A DNA stretch of 64,000 bases. Origin: Pseudomonadota bacterium (GTDB lineage: Bacteria; Pseudomonadota; Alphaproteobacteria; Sphingomonadales; Sphingomonadaceae). Below the pieces are notes generated by a model that was not told where the DNA came from, made no database searches, and saw only the letters and a list, made by a program, of their open reading frames with translations. The DNA is taken from positions 20,184 to 84,183 of the forward strand of contig JBMOOB010000020.1 in NCBI GenBank assembly GCA_049323815.1, read 5' to 3'. Position numbers and translations under genes: made by a program. This document shows, piece after piece, positions 18,408 to 28,913 of the stretch; the stretch's first letter is position 1; the number at the start of each line of letters is the position of its first letter.

Positions 18408-19634
18408 ATGGCAGGCTTTGCCGCGGCACACCCGGAGGTCGCCGAACCCGCAACCGAACTCCCGATGGCGCGGTGGCGCCGCTGGCTGATCATGTTCATC
18501 CTGCTGACCGGCGGGATCAAGACGACGCTTGCCTTCACCACGGTCGTCCCTGCGTTGCAGCTCATCTCCGAATATTTCAGCGGCGCGTCGGACAGCGTGC
18601 TGAGCGCGCAGATGCTCGTCACGCTGGCACCCGCGGGCATGGCGGTGGGGGGGCTGCTGGCCGGGTGGGTAGTCGGCCAGGGCGGTTTGCGTCGCACGCT
18701 CTATATCTCGCTCAGCGTATGTTCGGTCGCCGGGCTGGCGCAATTGTTCGTCGAAAGCTGGTCGGTGCTGCTTGCCAGCCGCTTCCTGCTCGGCTTCGCT
18801 GTCGTGACCAGCGATGTGGCGATGACCAGCATCCTCGCGGCGCAGTTCACCGGAAAGACGCGGTCGCGCATCATCGGGTTCCGCCAGGCCATCTCGTCGG
18901 CGGGTACGGTGTCGACGATGCTGATCGCGGGCTATCTGGCGCAGGCCTATGGCTGGCGCGCGCCGTCGTGGCTGTTCCTGGTCCCGGTCGTGATGCTGGT
19001 GCTTGCGCTGATCGCATTCGACCGGCCCATCGTGCTGGCGAAGCAGACGACCGAGAAAGAGCAGTTCTCCGTGCTTCAGCTCTGGCCGCTGTTCGTGCTG
19101 TCGCTCATCATGTCGGTCGCGCACACCATGCCGTCGTTCCAGATGCCCTTCCTGCTCAAGGCGGACGGAATCGACAGCGCGGTGCTCGTGTCGCGCGTGC
19201 CGGCGCTCAGCGCGCTCATCTCGATCCTGTCGGCGATGGCGTTCGGCTGGATCTACATGCGCTGCGGCCGCTTCACGCTGATCGCGGCAGGGTGTTTCAT
19301 GGCGGTGGGCTTTCTGGGGGTGAGCCACGCGCCGACCTATGAATTCATCCTGATGTGCGTGGTGGTCGAAGGGATCGGCGCGGGCTGGACCATGCCCTAT
19401 TTCCAGGCGCGGCTGCTCGACCGAGTGACGCCGGCGCAGCGAAGCCAGGCGATCGGATTCCTGACGACGTCGCTGTTCCTGGGCCATTTCGTCAATCCGC
19501 TCATCACTGCGCCGGTACGCAACGCGCTCGGCATTCACGCGACCTTCACGGCGGTGGCGATCGCGCTGCTGGTGCTGTGCGCCGGGCTGGCAGTACGCGC
19601 GCGGGCGACGCGGGGGCACGCGACGATCATCTGA
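18408..19634 (+). CDS. MFS transporter
   Basis: About 12 hydrophobic segments, GWVVGQGGLRRT motif-A-like loop. ATG 18408 follows AGGAAAGG. Confidence 0.85.
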   Translation: MAGFAAAHPEVAEPATELPMARWRRWLIMFILLTGGIKTTLAFTTVVPALQLISEYFSGASDSVLSAQMLVTLAPAGMAVGGLLAGWVVGQGGLRRTLYISLSVCSVAGLAQLFVESWSVLLASRFLLGFAVVTSDVAMTSILAAQFTGKTRSRIIGFRQAISSAGTVSTMLIAGYLAQAYGWRAPSWLFLVPVVMLVLALIAFDRPIVLAKQTTEKEQFSVLQLWPLFVLSLIMSVAHTMPSFQMPFLLKADGIDSAVLVSRVPALSALISILSAMAFGWIYMRCGRFTLIAAGCFMAVGFLGVSHAPTYEFILMCVVVEGIGAGWTMPYFQARLLDRVTPAQRSQAIGFLTTSLFLGHFVNPLITAPVRNALGIHATFTAVAIALLVLCAGLAVRARATRGHATII

Positions 19635-19659
19635 TCGGCCTGCGTTCCGGGCAAAAGGG

Positions 19660-19696
19660 AAGCGCGGCGGAAGCTATCTTCCGCCGCGCTTTTTTT
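19660..19696 (+). terminator. Rho-independent terminator after the MFS gene
   Basis: AAGCGCGGCGGAAG-CTAT-CTTCCGCCGCGCTT followed by a T-run. Confidence 0.85.
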
Positions 19697-19712
19697 GGGT
19701 TCGGTTGAAGGG

Positions 19713-19866
19713 GTTCACGTAGAGGGCGCGGAGACGCAGAGAAGAGAAGGGAGAGTGCCTGGGCGCCGCCGCCCTTGTCGCTTCCCGCTCGCGCTTGGAC
19801 GGAGGGCAGACGACCGGGCGCAACCTCCTCTGCGTCTCCGCGCCTCTTCGCGTGCTCTGCGTGAAC
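19713..19866. repeat. Palindromic repeat family B, copy 1
   Basis: Left arm GTTCACGTAGAGGGCGCGGAGACGCAGAG; right arm CTCTGCGTCTCCGCGCCTCTTCGCGTGCTCTGCGTGAAC. Related arms at 50562-50755 and 56787-56928. Confidence 0.7.
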
Positions 19867-19911
19867 AGTCCCAGCGAACCCGCAGCCTCCCGTCGCCGGG
19901 GGCTGCCCGGC

Positions 19912-20508
19912 TCACTCCCCGGCGGCGATCCCCGCGCGGCGCCAGCGGGCGAAGGTCACGACCTGCTCGGCCACTGCCTCAAGCTGCCCCTGCACCTTCT
20001 CGTCCAGGCATGTGCCCTGCGCGTCAAACATCGGCCCCGACGCATTGACCGCGGCGCCGAACGGCGTCGGCCAGGCGCGCAGCGCGTGCGCGATCGACCG
20101 CAGCGTCACCAGCGTCGTGCCGCATGCCTGCCACCCGAACGCCGTCACGATCGCGCCGAACGCGCGCCCGTCCAGATAGACGCGCTCGTCTTTCGACAAG
20201 TCTTCCAGCAAATCGAGCGCATTCTTGATCGGCCCCGACAGGCTGCCGTGATATCCCGGCGACGCGACGATCATGCCGTCGCACTCGCGCACCGCGCGGA
20301 CGAACTCGACTTCTGCTTCGTTCCGCTCGATTTTGCCCGGCACATAGAGCGGCAGCGCGGACACGAAGGCGCCGTCGAACAGTTGCACCTCGCACCCCAT
20401 CGCCTCCGCCTTGGCGAGCGCCATGCGCACCGCGCATTCGCTGGTGGAATTGGGGCGGGCGGTGCCGCCCAGGCCCACGATCTTCAACTTGCCGGTCTCG
20501 CTGGTCAC
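19912..20508 (-). CDS. NADPH-dependent FMN reductase (SsuE family)
   Basis: VGLGGTARPNS, IVASPGYHGSLSGPIKNALD, TLVTLRSIAHALRAWPTP. Confidence 0.9.
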   Translation of the reverse strand: MTSETGKLKIVGLGGTARPNSTSECAVRMALAKAEAMGCEVQLFDGAFVSALPLYVPGKIERNEAEVEFVRAVRECDGMIVASPGYHGSLSGPIKNALDLLEDLSKDERVYLDGRAFGAIVTAFGWQACGTTLVTLRSIAHALRAWPTPFGAAVNASGPMFDAQGTCLDEKVQGQLEAVAEQVVTFARWRRAGIAAGE

Positions 20509-21750
20509 TCACGCCTCCCGCGACTGTTGGTGTCGCCTATATTCGATCCGCGCAAGTGCACGGTTGTGTACTTCGTCCGGCCCGTCGGCGAAACGCAGCG
20601 TCCGTACAAGGGCATAGGCTGCCGCGAGCGGAAAATCGTCGCTCACGCCGCCGCCGCCATGCGCTTGAATCGCATCGTCGAGGACGTTCAGGGCGACGCG
20701 CGGCCCCGCCACCTTTATCATCGCGATTTCGCGCTGGGCGACCTTGTTGCCGACCTTGTCCATCATGTCGGCGGCCTTCAGGCACAGGAGCCGCGTCATC
20801 TCTATGTCCATGCGTGCAGTGGCGACGCGTTCCTCCCACACCGAATGGTCGCCGATGCGCTTGCCGAACGCCTCGCGCGTCAGGATGCGGCCGACCATGG
20901 AGTCGAGCGCCATTTCGGCGAGCCCGATCGTGCGCATGCAATGGTGGATGCGACCCGGCCCCAGCCGCCCCTGCGCGACTTCGAACCCGCGCCCCTCGCC
21001 CAGCACCATATTTTCAGCGGGGACGCGGACGTTGTTGAAGCGGATCTCGCAATGGCCGTGCGGCGCGTCGTCATACCCGAAGACGGGCAGCGGCCGCTCG
21101 ATCGTGATCCCGGGCGCATCGGCGGGCACCAGTATCTGCGCGTGCCGGGCGTGGCGCGGCGCGTCGGGATTGCTGCGGCCGAGCAGGATGAACAGCTTGC
21201 AGCGCGGATCGCCCGCGCCCGAAATCCACCATTTGCGGCCGTTGAGGACATAGTCGTCGCCGTCGCGCTCGATGGTGGTGGCGATGTTGGTCGCGTCCGA
21301 GCTGGCGACACCCGGCTCGGTCATTGCGAAGGCCGAGCGGATCTCGCCCGCCAGCAGCGGCTTCAGCCACCGTTCCTTCTGCGCGGGCGTGCCGTATCGG
21401 TGCAGCACTTCCATGTTGCCGGTGTCGGGCGCGGAGCAGTTGAACACTTCCGACGCCCAGGGGATGCGCCCCATTTCCTCGGCGCAGGGCGCATATTCCA
21501 GATTGCTCAGCCCCGCGCCGCGATAGTCGCCTTCATCATGTTCGGCCGACGGCGCCAGGAACAGGTTCCACAGCCCCTCGGCCTTCGCCTTTTCCTTCAG
21601 TTCCTCGACCACCGGCAGCGCGCGCCAGCGCGTCGGCCCTTCGGCGAGCTCGGCGCGATAGCGCGCCTGTGCTGGCACGACATGCGCGTTCATGAAGGCG
21701 CGGACGCGGCCCGCCCAATGCGCCTGGGTTTCGGATGGCGTGAAATCCAT
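20509..21750 (-). CDS. Acyl-CoA dehydrogenase, LvaC/ACAD10-11-like subfamily
   Basis: [69 protein letters not shown] (Asp where most ACADs have Glu). Confidence 0.88.
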   Translation of the reverse strand: MDFTPSETQAHWAGRVRAFMNAHVVPAQARYRAELAEGPTRWRALPVVEELKEKAKAEGLWNLFLAPSAEHDEGDYRGAGLSNLEYAPCAEEMGRIPWASEVFNCSAPDTGNMEVLHRYGTPAQKERWLKPLLAGEIRSAFAMTEPGVASSDATNIATTIERDGDDYVLNGRKWWISGAGDPRCKLFILLGRSNPDAPRHARHAQILVPADAPGITIERPLPVFGYDDAPHGHCEIRFNNVRVPAENMVLGEGRGFEVAQGRLGPGRIHHCMRTIGLAEMALDSMVGRILTREAFGKRIGDHSVWEERVATARMDIEMTRLLCLKAADMMDKVGNKVAQREIAMIKVAGPRVALNVLDDAIQAHGGGGVSDDFPLAAAYALVRTLRFADGPDEVHNRALARIEYRRHQQSREA

Positions 21751-21769
21751 GCTTGCTGCCCTGCCCCTG

Positions 21770-22822
21770 TCAGCGCCGCGTCTGCACGAGCGCGAGTTCG
21801 GCGATCCGGTCGAGCTGCTCGACTGCCTCGGCCGCCTGCGGCGAGGAAGCGGTACCGCGGATCAGCCGGCCCTTGATGCCGTGGATGATCGCCGCCAGCC
21901 GGAACAGGCTGAAAGCGACGTAGAAGTCGAGATGGTCAATCCCATCGCGCCCCGTGCGGCGGCAATAGGCCGCGACATAGTCCTCCTCGCCCGGGATGTT
22001 GCGCGCCTTGAGGTCGAGCCCGGCAAGCCCCGTCGAAAAGCCCGGCGGCATCCGCCACGCCATCAGGTGATAGGCGAAATCGGCGAGCGGATGGCCCAGC
22101 GTCGACAATTCCCAGTCGAGCACCGCCAGCACGCGCGGCTCGGTCGGGTGGAACAACAGATTGTCGCAGCGATAGTCGCCGTGGACGATCGAGCTGCTGT
22201 CGTCCGCCGGGATATTGGCGGGCAGCCATTCGATCAGCGCGTCCATCGCCGCAACGCGGCCGGCGTCGGTGTCGTCGAGATATTGTGTCGACCAGCGGCC
22301 GATCTGGCGCTCGAAATAATTGCCCGGCCGGCCATAGTCGCCCAGCCCCACCGCCGCCGGGTCGATCGCGTGCAGCCGCGCGATCACGTCGTTCATTGCG
22401 TCGAAATAGGCGGGGCGGTCGGCGTGCGCCACTTCAGGGAAAGCGGTGTCCCAGAAATTGCGGCCCGCGACATGTTCCATCACATAGAAGGGCGTGCCGA
22501 TCACCTCGGGCTCGATACACAGCCCATAGGGCCGCGCGACGGGAAAGCCGGTCGGGTGCAGCGCCGCGATCAGCCGATATTCGCGCTCGACTGCGTGCGC
22601 GCCCTTCAGCAGCACGCCCGGCGGCTTGCGGCGCAGCACATAGTCGCGGTCGGGCGTCGACAGGCGATAGGTCGGATTCGACTGGCCGCCCGCGAACTGG
22701 CGCACCGACAGCGGCCCGGCATAGCCGTCGACATGCGCGCGCATCCAGGCGTCGAGCCCCGCCTCATCGAACCGATGCGCCTCGCGCACCGGCCCCGCCG
22801 CGCTGCGGTCGTGCTCAGCCAT
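21770..22822 (-). CDS. APH-like phosphotransferase (LvaA/ACAD10-11 kinase-domain-like)
   Basis: [50 protein letters not shown]. Confidence 0.88.
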   Translation of the reverse strand: MAEHDRSAAGPVREAHRFDEAGLDAWMRAHVDGYAGPLSVRQFAGGQSNPTYRLSTPDRDYVLRRKPPGVLLKGAHAVEREYRLIAALHPTGFPVARPYGLCIEPEVIGTPFYVMEHVAGRNFWDTAFPEVAHADRPAYFDAMNDVIARLHAIDPAAVGLGDYGRPGNYFERQIGRWSTQYLDDTDAGRVAAMDALIEWLPANIPADDSSSIVHGDYRCDNLLFHPTEPRVLAVLDWELSTLGHPLADFAYHLMAWRMPPGFSTGLAGLDLKARNIPGEEDYVAAYCRRTGRDGIDHLDFYVAFSLFRLAAIIHGIKGRLIRGTASSPQAAEAVEQLDRIAELALVQTRR

Positions 22823-23753
22823 GGGCCGCCGATGCCGTCAGCGTCCTGCCGCGCGCCGCCTGCAGCAATTCCAGCTCGTGCGCCGATTGCTGCAACCCCG
22901 TTTCGGGCACCCTCTCTTCGGTCCGGTCGCGCACCTGCGGCAGCGCGGCGAGCAGGCGTTCGGCCGCGTCGGGGCCCCCGCCGATGTGCACACCCTGCGT
23001 CAGCGTAATGTGCGCCGCCTCGAAGCTGCCGGCGCCCGCGCACAGGATCATGCCGTTGGGCGCGTCGTCCGACACCAGCGCCAGCACGCCCGCCGACACG
23101 GTTTCGGGGGCGAGTGCCGCCAGTACCTCGGGCGTCATGATGTCCTCGGTCATCCGCGTCGCCGCCGACGGGGCGAGGCAATTGATACGGATGCCGTATT
23201 TCGCACCTTCGTGGCGCAGCGTGGTCATCACGCCGACCAGCCCCATCTTGGCCGCGCCATAATGCGACTGGCCGAAATTGCCATAGAGGCCCGAGGACGA
23301 AGTGGTCATCAGGATGCGGCCGTAATTCTGCGCGCGCATCATTCCCCACACGGCCTTGGTGCAGTTGACCGACCCCATCAGATGGACTTCGACCAGCGCG
23401 CGGAAATCGGCGAGTTCGAGCTTGGCGAAGGTACGGTCGCGCAAGATGCCCGCGTTGTTGACCAGGATGTCGACGCGTCCCCATTGCTCCCTGGCGGCCG
23501 CGACCATCGCCTCGACCTGGTCGAATTCAGTGACGCTGGCGGCATTGGCGATCGCCTCGCCGCCCGCCGCGCGGATCTCCTCGACCACGGCCTCCGCCAT
23601 GGTCGCGGCACCACCGGTGCCGTCGCGCGCGCCGCCCAGGTCGTTGACGACCACCTTCGCCCCCCGGCTGGCGAGCAACAGCGCATGCGCGCGGCCCAGG
23701 CCGCCGCCCGCGCCCGTGACGATCGCCACCCTCTCCGTGAGGTCGATCTTCAT
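22815..23753 (-). CDS. SDR, MFE-2-type (3-hydroxyacyl-CoA dehydrogenase-like)
   Basis: MKIDLTERVAIVTGAGGGLGRAHA..VVNDLGG..NNAGILRD..GNFGQSHYGAAK. Confidence 0.9.
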   Translation of the reverse strand: MKIDLTERVAIVTGAGGGLGRAHALLLASRGAKVVVNDLGGARDGTGGAATMAEAVVEEIRAAGGEAIANAASVTEFDQVEAMVAAAREQWGRVDILVNNAGILRDRTFAKLELADFRALVEVHLMGSVNCTKAVWGMMRAQNYGRILMTTSSSGLYGNFGQSHYGAAKMGLVGVMTTLRHEGAKYGIRINCLAPSAATRMTEDIMTPEVLAALAPETVSAGVLALVSDDAPNGMILCAGAGSFEAAHITLTQGVHIGGGPDAAERLLAALPQVRDRTEERVPETGLQQSAHELELLQAARGRTLTASAAHG

Positions 23754-23764
23754 AGCGTCTCCTT

Positions 23765-25525
23765 TCAGATACAGTCCGCCGGAATCTCGGCGGTCAGGGT
23801 GCTGCACGCCGCCACCGGCGCCAGCCACGCCGCGATACGCGGCACTTCGCGTTCGAAATAATAGCGGCACGCCCAGCGCTTGCCCGCGCGGAACGGGTCG
23901 GTCGCCGCGTCGGCGTCCGCACACAGCAGCGCGCGGTCGAGCCATTGCCAGGCGACCACGCCATGGCCGAATGCGCGCAACATCGCAGTCGCGTTGACCG
24001 ACGCGGAAACGCCCGCGCCCTTCAGCGTCGCGGTCACGTCGCCGATGTGCGTCCAGACCGCCTCCAGCGTATCCGCCTCCTGCACCAGCACCCCCGCCGC
24101 GCGCGCGGCTGCGATGGTGGCGTCGATCCGCGCGCGCAGCATCGCCAGCGCGCCCGCATCGTCGCGCAGCAACTTGCGCCCGACCAGGTCGAGCCCCTGG
24201 ATACCCGTCGTGCCTTCGTGGATCGGATTCAGGCGATTGTCGCGCCACAGCTGCTCGACGTCGAAATCGCGCGTATAGCCGTATCCGCCGTGCACCTGAA
24301 TCGCCAGGTCGTTCGCCACCAGCCCCCATTCGGACGGGTACGTCTTGGCGACCGGCGTCAGCAGGCCCAGCAGCGCCGCCGCCTCCGCGCTGCCATGCTC
24401 CTGGTCGACCAACCGCGCGCAATAGAGCACCAGCGCCAGCGCGCCCTCGGCATGGCATTTGGCGGCCATCAGCATGTCGCGGACGTCAGGATGCTCGATA
24501 ATCGGACGCGAACCTGGCGGCGCGTCGCTGCCGGCCGGTCGGCCCTGCAGCCGTTCGGTCGCATAGCGTTTCGCCAGTGCATAGCCGCGATAGCCGAGCG
24601 CGGCCGCGCCCAGCCCGACGTTGATCCGCGCCTCGTTCATCATCTGGAACATCTGGGGCAGCCCCTGCCCCTCGGCACCGACCAGCCAGCCGATCGCGCC
24701 GTCGCCGCGCTCGCCGAAATTGAGCAGGCAATTGGTCGTGCCGCGATAGCCCATCTTGTGATTGATGCCCGCCACTGCGATGTCATTGTCGCTGCCGTCG
24801 GGCAGGCGGCGCGGAACGATGAACAGCGAGAGGCCGCGCGTGGTCGGCGCCAGCCGGCCGTCGGCGTCGGGCACCTTCGCCAGCACCAGATGGACGATAT
24901 TGTCCGACAGGTCATGGTCGCCGCCCGAAATCCACATCTTGTTGCCGGTCAGGCGATAGCGGCGGCCTAATTCGTCCTCGCCGTCGGGCATCGCGCGCGT
25001 CGCGACATCGGCCAAATTCGACCCCGCCTGCGGCTCCGACAGGCACATGGTGCCGAACCATTCGCCCGCGATCTGCGGCCGGGCAAAGGCGTCGACCTGC
25101 GCCGCGCTGCCGAAGGTGGCGATCAGCCGCGCATTGGCGGCGGTCAGCATCGGATAGGCGGCGGTGGCGACATTCGCCGCCAGGAATTGCGCGAAGGACG
25201 CGCTGGCGAGCAGCATCGGCAGCCCCGACCCGCCCAGTTCCTCGGCAAAGCCCGCCGAGAACAGACCCATTTCCGCATAACGGCGCAACGCCTCGCCGAT
25301 GGGCGGATAGGCGCGCACGCGCCCGTCGACCACTTGCGGCTCATTGGCGTCCGAGCCCTTCCAATGGCTCAGAAAGGCATCGACGGCCAGTTCTTGCGAC
25401 ACGTCCAGGATGGCGGCGGCGGAATCGCGGTCGACCGAACCGGAGCCGCCCAGCACCTCTTCCAGCCCCAGCCATTCCCACAGCAGGAAGTCGAGCTCGT
25501 CTCGGGAAATCAACAGCTCGTCCAT
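23765..25525 (-). CDS. Acyl-CoA dehydrogenase (long, about 586 aa)
   Basis: MDELLISRDELDFLLWEWL, GTMCLSEPQAGSNL, GNKMWISGGDHD, QVHGGYGY, RLNPIHEGTTGIQ. Confidence 0.9.
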   Translation of the reverse strand: MDELLISRDELDFLLWEWLGLEEVLGGSGSVDRDSAAAILDVSQELAVDAFLSHWKGSDANEPQVVDGRVRAYPPIGEALRRYAEMGLFSAGFAEELGGSGLPMLLASASFAQFLAANVATAAYPMLTAANARLIATFGSAAQVDAFARPQIAGEWFGTMCLSEPQAGSNLADVATRAMPDGEDELGRRYRLTGNKMWISGGDHDLSDNIVHLVLAKVPDADGRLAPTTRGLSLFIVPRRLPDGSDNDIAVAGINHKMGYRGTTNCLLNFGERGDGAIGWLVGAEGQGLPQMFQMMNEARINVGLGAAALGYRGYALAKRYATERLQGRPAGSDAPPGSRPIIEHPDVRDMLMAAKCHAEGALALVLYCARLVDQEHGSAEAAALLGLLTPVAKTYPSEWGLVANDLAIQVHGGYGYTRDFDVEQLWRDNRLNPIHEGTTGIQGLDLVGRKLLRDDAGALAMLRARIDATIAAARAAGVLVQEADTLEAVWTHIGDVTATLKGAGVSASVNATAMLRAFGHGVVAWQWLDRALLCADADAATDPFRAGKRWACRYYFEREVPRIAAWLAPVAACSTLTAEIPADCI

Positions 25526-25695
25526 GATGCCCGGACGCGACCCCTCACCATTTTTTGCAGTTGCGAAGCGGCCTAGGGCAGCACGCGCCGCCGTGTCGAT
25601 TGCCGAAGCTGAAACCCAGCCGTCGCAAACCGGCATTTGCCCCCGCACCGTCCCCGGCCGAGCGTGATTTCCGACTGACACCAAAGGTGAAGACG

Positions 25696-26619
25696 ATGGG
25701 CAGGCTGCATCCGGAAATGCAGGCGATCCTCGATCGGCGCGCGGCTTCGGGCGCACTGGGCTTTGCCGACGGCACGCCCGAAAGCGCGCGCGCGATGTTC
25801 GCCGAGGCTCAGGCGGCGCTCCCACGCGACCGGGGGCGCCCGGTGCGCGCGATCCGCGACCGGGCCGTCCCGGGGCCGCTGGGCGACGTGCCTGTGCGCC
25901 ATTACCTGCCCGAAGGCGATATCGCGGGACGCATGCTCTATTGCCATGGCGGCGGCTGGGTGTTCGGCACGCTCGACGCGTTCGATCCGGTGTGCCGCGA
26001 ACTGGCGGCGATCGCCGGAATCGAAGTGGTCAGCGTCGACTATCGCCTCGCGCCCGAACATCGCTTTCCCGTGCCGCTCGACGATGTCTGGGCGGCGCTC
26101 GCCGACATCGCCGACCCGGGCATGCCGCTGATCGTCGCGGGCGACAGCGCGGGCGGCAACCTCGCCGCGGCGCTGTCGTTGCGCGCGCGCGATGCCGGGG
26201 GGCCGGACATCGCGCTCCAGCTATTGCTCTATCCCGTCCTCGACTGGGACTTCGAACGCGCTTCCTATCGCGACTATGGCGGGGGCGACCACCTGATCTC
26301 ACGCGCCGACATGGCCTGGTTCTGGGACCAGCACGTCGCGACGGAGGATCGCGCCAATCCGCTCGCTGCGCCGCTGCGCGCGCCCGATCTGGCGGGCTTG
26401 CCCGAAGCGGTGGTGGTGGTCGCGGGCTGCGACCCGCTCCACGACGAAGGAATCGCCTATGCCCGACGATTGGCGGAGGCAGGCGTGCCCGTGACGGTCA
26501 AGGACCATGGCGACATGGCACATGGCTTCTTCACGCTCGTCGACCTGATCGGGCCGGCCAATGCCGCGGTGGCGGATATCGGCGGGATGATCGGCCGGCG
26601 GCTGCGCGCGGGGGATTGA
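25696..26619 (+). CDS. Alpha/beta hydrolase (HSL-family esterase/lipase)
   Basis: HGGGW, DYRLAPEHRFP, GDSAGG nucleophile elbow, DPLHDE, HGFF. Confidence 0.92.
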   Translation: MGRLHPEMQAILDRRAASGALGFADGTPESARAMFAEAQAALPRDRGRPVRAIRDRAVPGPLGDVPVRHYLPEGDIAGRMLYCHGGGWVFGTLDAFDPVCRELAAIAGIEVVSVDYRLAPEHRFPVPLDDVWAALADIADPGMPLIVAGDSAGGNLAAALSLRARDAGGPDIALQLLLYPVLDWDFERASYRDYGGGDHLISRADMAWFWDQHVATEDRANPLAAPLRAPDLAGLPEAVVVVAGCDPLHDEGIAYARRLAEAGVPVTVKDHGDMAHGFFTLVDLIGPANAAVADIGGMIGRRLRAGD

Positions 26620-26727
26620 GGCGGGACGAACGCGCGCGTCGGTACCCGGCCTCCGTTCGCCGGGAGCAACGCTTCGGCGCAGCCGGGCATGTGCGCGAGA
26701 CGCGTGGGCTCATACTCCGGCGCGCCG

Positions 26728-27732
26728 CTAGGCCTCCGCCAGCTCCGCCTCGGCCCTCGCCTTCTCCACTGCCTCGACAAAATTGAGCACCAGCGGCGAG
26801 CTGCTGCTCTTGCGCACCACCATGCTGAGCGGCAGCGGCAGGTCCAGGTCGGGCAGCGGCTTGATGACTACGTCGCGCGGCGCGCGGTCGGCGCGCACGG
26901 CAGTCACGATGCCGACGCCCATTTCGGACGCCACCAGCCCGAAGGCGATGTCGACGTTCGACACCTCGACCGAGATTTCCGGCGTCACGCCGCGCGCGTC
27001 GAACGCCGCCACCATGCGCCCGAACAGCCGCGGCGAATGCTGGCGCGACGGAAAGATCAGCGGCTCGCCGACCAGGTCGTGCAAGTGGACGACCTCATTC
27101 GCTTCGAGCGGATGGCCATGCGGCAGCACCGCGACGAATTTGTCCATGCCGATCCGCGTCGTCGCGAATTCCTCGGCATCGCCGGCTTCCTCGATCACGA
27201 AGCCCACGTCGATCTCGCCGCCGCGCAGCCGCTGGCGCTGTGCCTCCGATGTCAGCGGGAAGGCGCGGATCTCCACTTCCGGATATTGCGCGCGGTAGCT
27301 GCGCAGCACGGGCGGCAGCAACGGACCGCGCACCATCGCCTCGGTAAAGGCGATGCGCAGCGTGCCGATGTCGCCGCGCGCCACGCGGCGGACGCGGCGG
27401 CTCGCCTCCTCGATCGACTGGAGAATTTGCCGCACGTCGCGCGCCAGCACGCGCCCCGCCTCGGTAATCGACACGCCGCGCGCCTGGCGCTCGAACAGCG
27501 GAATGTCGCCCAGTTCGCGTTCCAGATCGGCGATGCGGCGCGACAGCGCGGATTGGGCGATGTTCAGCCGTTCCGCCGCGCGGTGCAGGTTCTGCTCCTC
27601 CGCGACAGCCAGGAAAAAGGGGAAATGCTTGGCGATCCGCAACGTGCGCAGCGTCGCGAGTTCGCGCGGAACCGGGCGCGGGCTAAGCGATGCCGTGAGG
27701 TCAATGGTTCGGCGTTCATTCGGCATTTGCAA
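26728..27732 (-). CDS. LysR family regulator (true start may be downstream)
   Basis: FLAVAEEQNLHRAAERLNIAQSALSRRIADLERELG..LFERQARGVSITEAG. Divergent from the LLM gene. Confidence 0.88.
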   Translation of the reverse strand: MQMPNERRTIDLTASLSPRPVPRELATLRTLRIAKHFPFFLAVAEEQNLHRAAERLNIAQSALSRRIADLERELGDIPLFERQARGVSITEAGRVLARDVRQILQSIEEASRRVRRVARGDIGTLRIAFTEAMVRGPLLPPVLRSYRAQYPEVEIRAFPLTSEAQRQRLRGGEIDVGFVIEEAGDAEEFATTRIGMDKFVAVLPHGHPLEANEVVHLHDLVGEPLIFPSRQHSPRLFGRMVAAFDARGVTPEISVEVSNVDIAFGLVASEMGVGIVTAVRADRAPRDVVIKPLPDLDLPLPLSMVVRKSSSSPLVLNFVEAVEKARAEAELAEA

Positions 27733-27785
27733 CAGGACCTTTCAGCGAAGACGTTCGCGGCATCCGCAGCCACGAGACCAGAACG

Positions 27786-28913
27786 ATGCGCTTTTCCCTT
27801 ATTTTCGAAGCTCAGATCGTCGATGCATCCCCTCGCGGCGAGCAACAGGTGTTCGACGAACTTGTCGAACAGACTCTGCTCGCCGAGCAACTCGGGTTCG
27901 ACGTCGTTTGGAGCGTCGAGCACACGTCGCTGACGCATTATGCACATATGAGCGCGCCTGAAACCTTCCTTGCCTATATTGCAGGGAAGACATCGCGGAT
28001 CGGCATCGGCCATGGGGTCGTCTGCCTGATGCCGGCGATGAACCACCCCATCAAGGTCGCCGAACGCGTCGCCACGCTCGACATCCTGTCAAAAGGACGG
28101 CTGCATTTCGGCGTCGGCAAGGGCGGCAGCCAGCAGGAAGCCGGCGCCTATGGCTATGACCTGAAGGAGCTTCAGCCGATCATCGACGAGGCGATGTACC
28201 TGATCCCGCGCATGTTCGTGGAGGACGAGGTGCAGCATAACGGCGAGCACATCGCCATTCCGCCGCGCCCGATCCATCCCAAGCCGTACCAGGACCCGCA
28301 TCCGCCGATGTACCTGGCGTGCACCAACCTCGACACGCTGGCGCGCGCGGGACAGCGCGGCATGGGCGCGCTGGTGCTCGGCTTCGGCGGGCCCGAAGAG
28401 GTGGCGAACAAGAACAGAATCTATCGCGACGCCTGGGCCGGCCGCAAGCCTGAGGACCAGGTCGGATACCGCCCGATCCAGCATCTGGCGGCGCTATGCC
28501 CGACGGTGGTGCTCGACGATGCCGACCAGGCGCGCACCATCGGCCTGCGCGGCCAGCGCTATTTCTATGAATCGCTCAATTACTGGTACGGCGGCGGCCC
28601 GCGCCCCGACCCCGACAAATGGGGCACCGAGCTGGTCGACGAGAACAACCAGATCATCACCACCAAGCTGGCGTCGGAAACCGTCACCATGGACCTGCGC
28701 CCGGACGAGAACGGCCGCAAGCCGAGCCAGGGCATCCTGTCGGCGCAGAACGCCTATGGCAGCGTCGAGGACTGCATCGACTATGTCCGGCAACTCGCCG
28801 ACGCTGGCGCCGACGAGATCCTGTTCATGACCAACATGGGCACGGTGCCGCAATGGGCGCAATTGGAAACGCTGCGCAAGATCGGCACCTATGTGATCCC
28901 GCACTTCCGGTGA
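27786..28913 (+). CDS. Luciferase-like (LLM class) flavin-dependent monooxygenase
   Basis: AEQLGFDVVWSVEH, HPIKVAERVATLDILSKGRLHFGVGKG. Confidence 0.9.
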   Translation: MRFSLIFEAQIVDASPRGEQQVFDELVEQTLLAEQLGFDVVWSVEHTSLTHYAHMSAPETFLAYIAGKTSRIGIGHGVVCLMPAMNHPIKVAERVATLDILSKGRLHFGVGKGGSQQEAGAYGYDLKELQPIIDEAMYLIPRMFVEDEVQHNGEHIAIPPRPIHPKPYQDPHPPMYLACTNLDTLARAGQRGMGALVLGFGGPEEVANKNRIYRDAWAGRKPEDQVGYRPIQHLAALCPTVVLDDADQARTIGLRGQRYFYESLNYWYGGGPRPDPDKWGTELVDENNQIITTKLASETVTMDLRPDENGRKPSQGILSAQNAYGSVEDCIDYVRQLADAGADEILFMTNMGTVPQWAQLETLRKIGTYVIPHFR

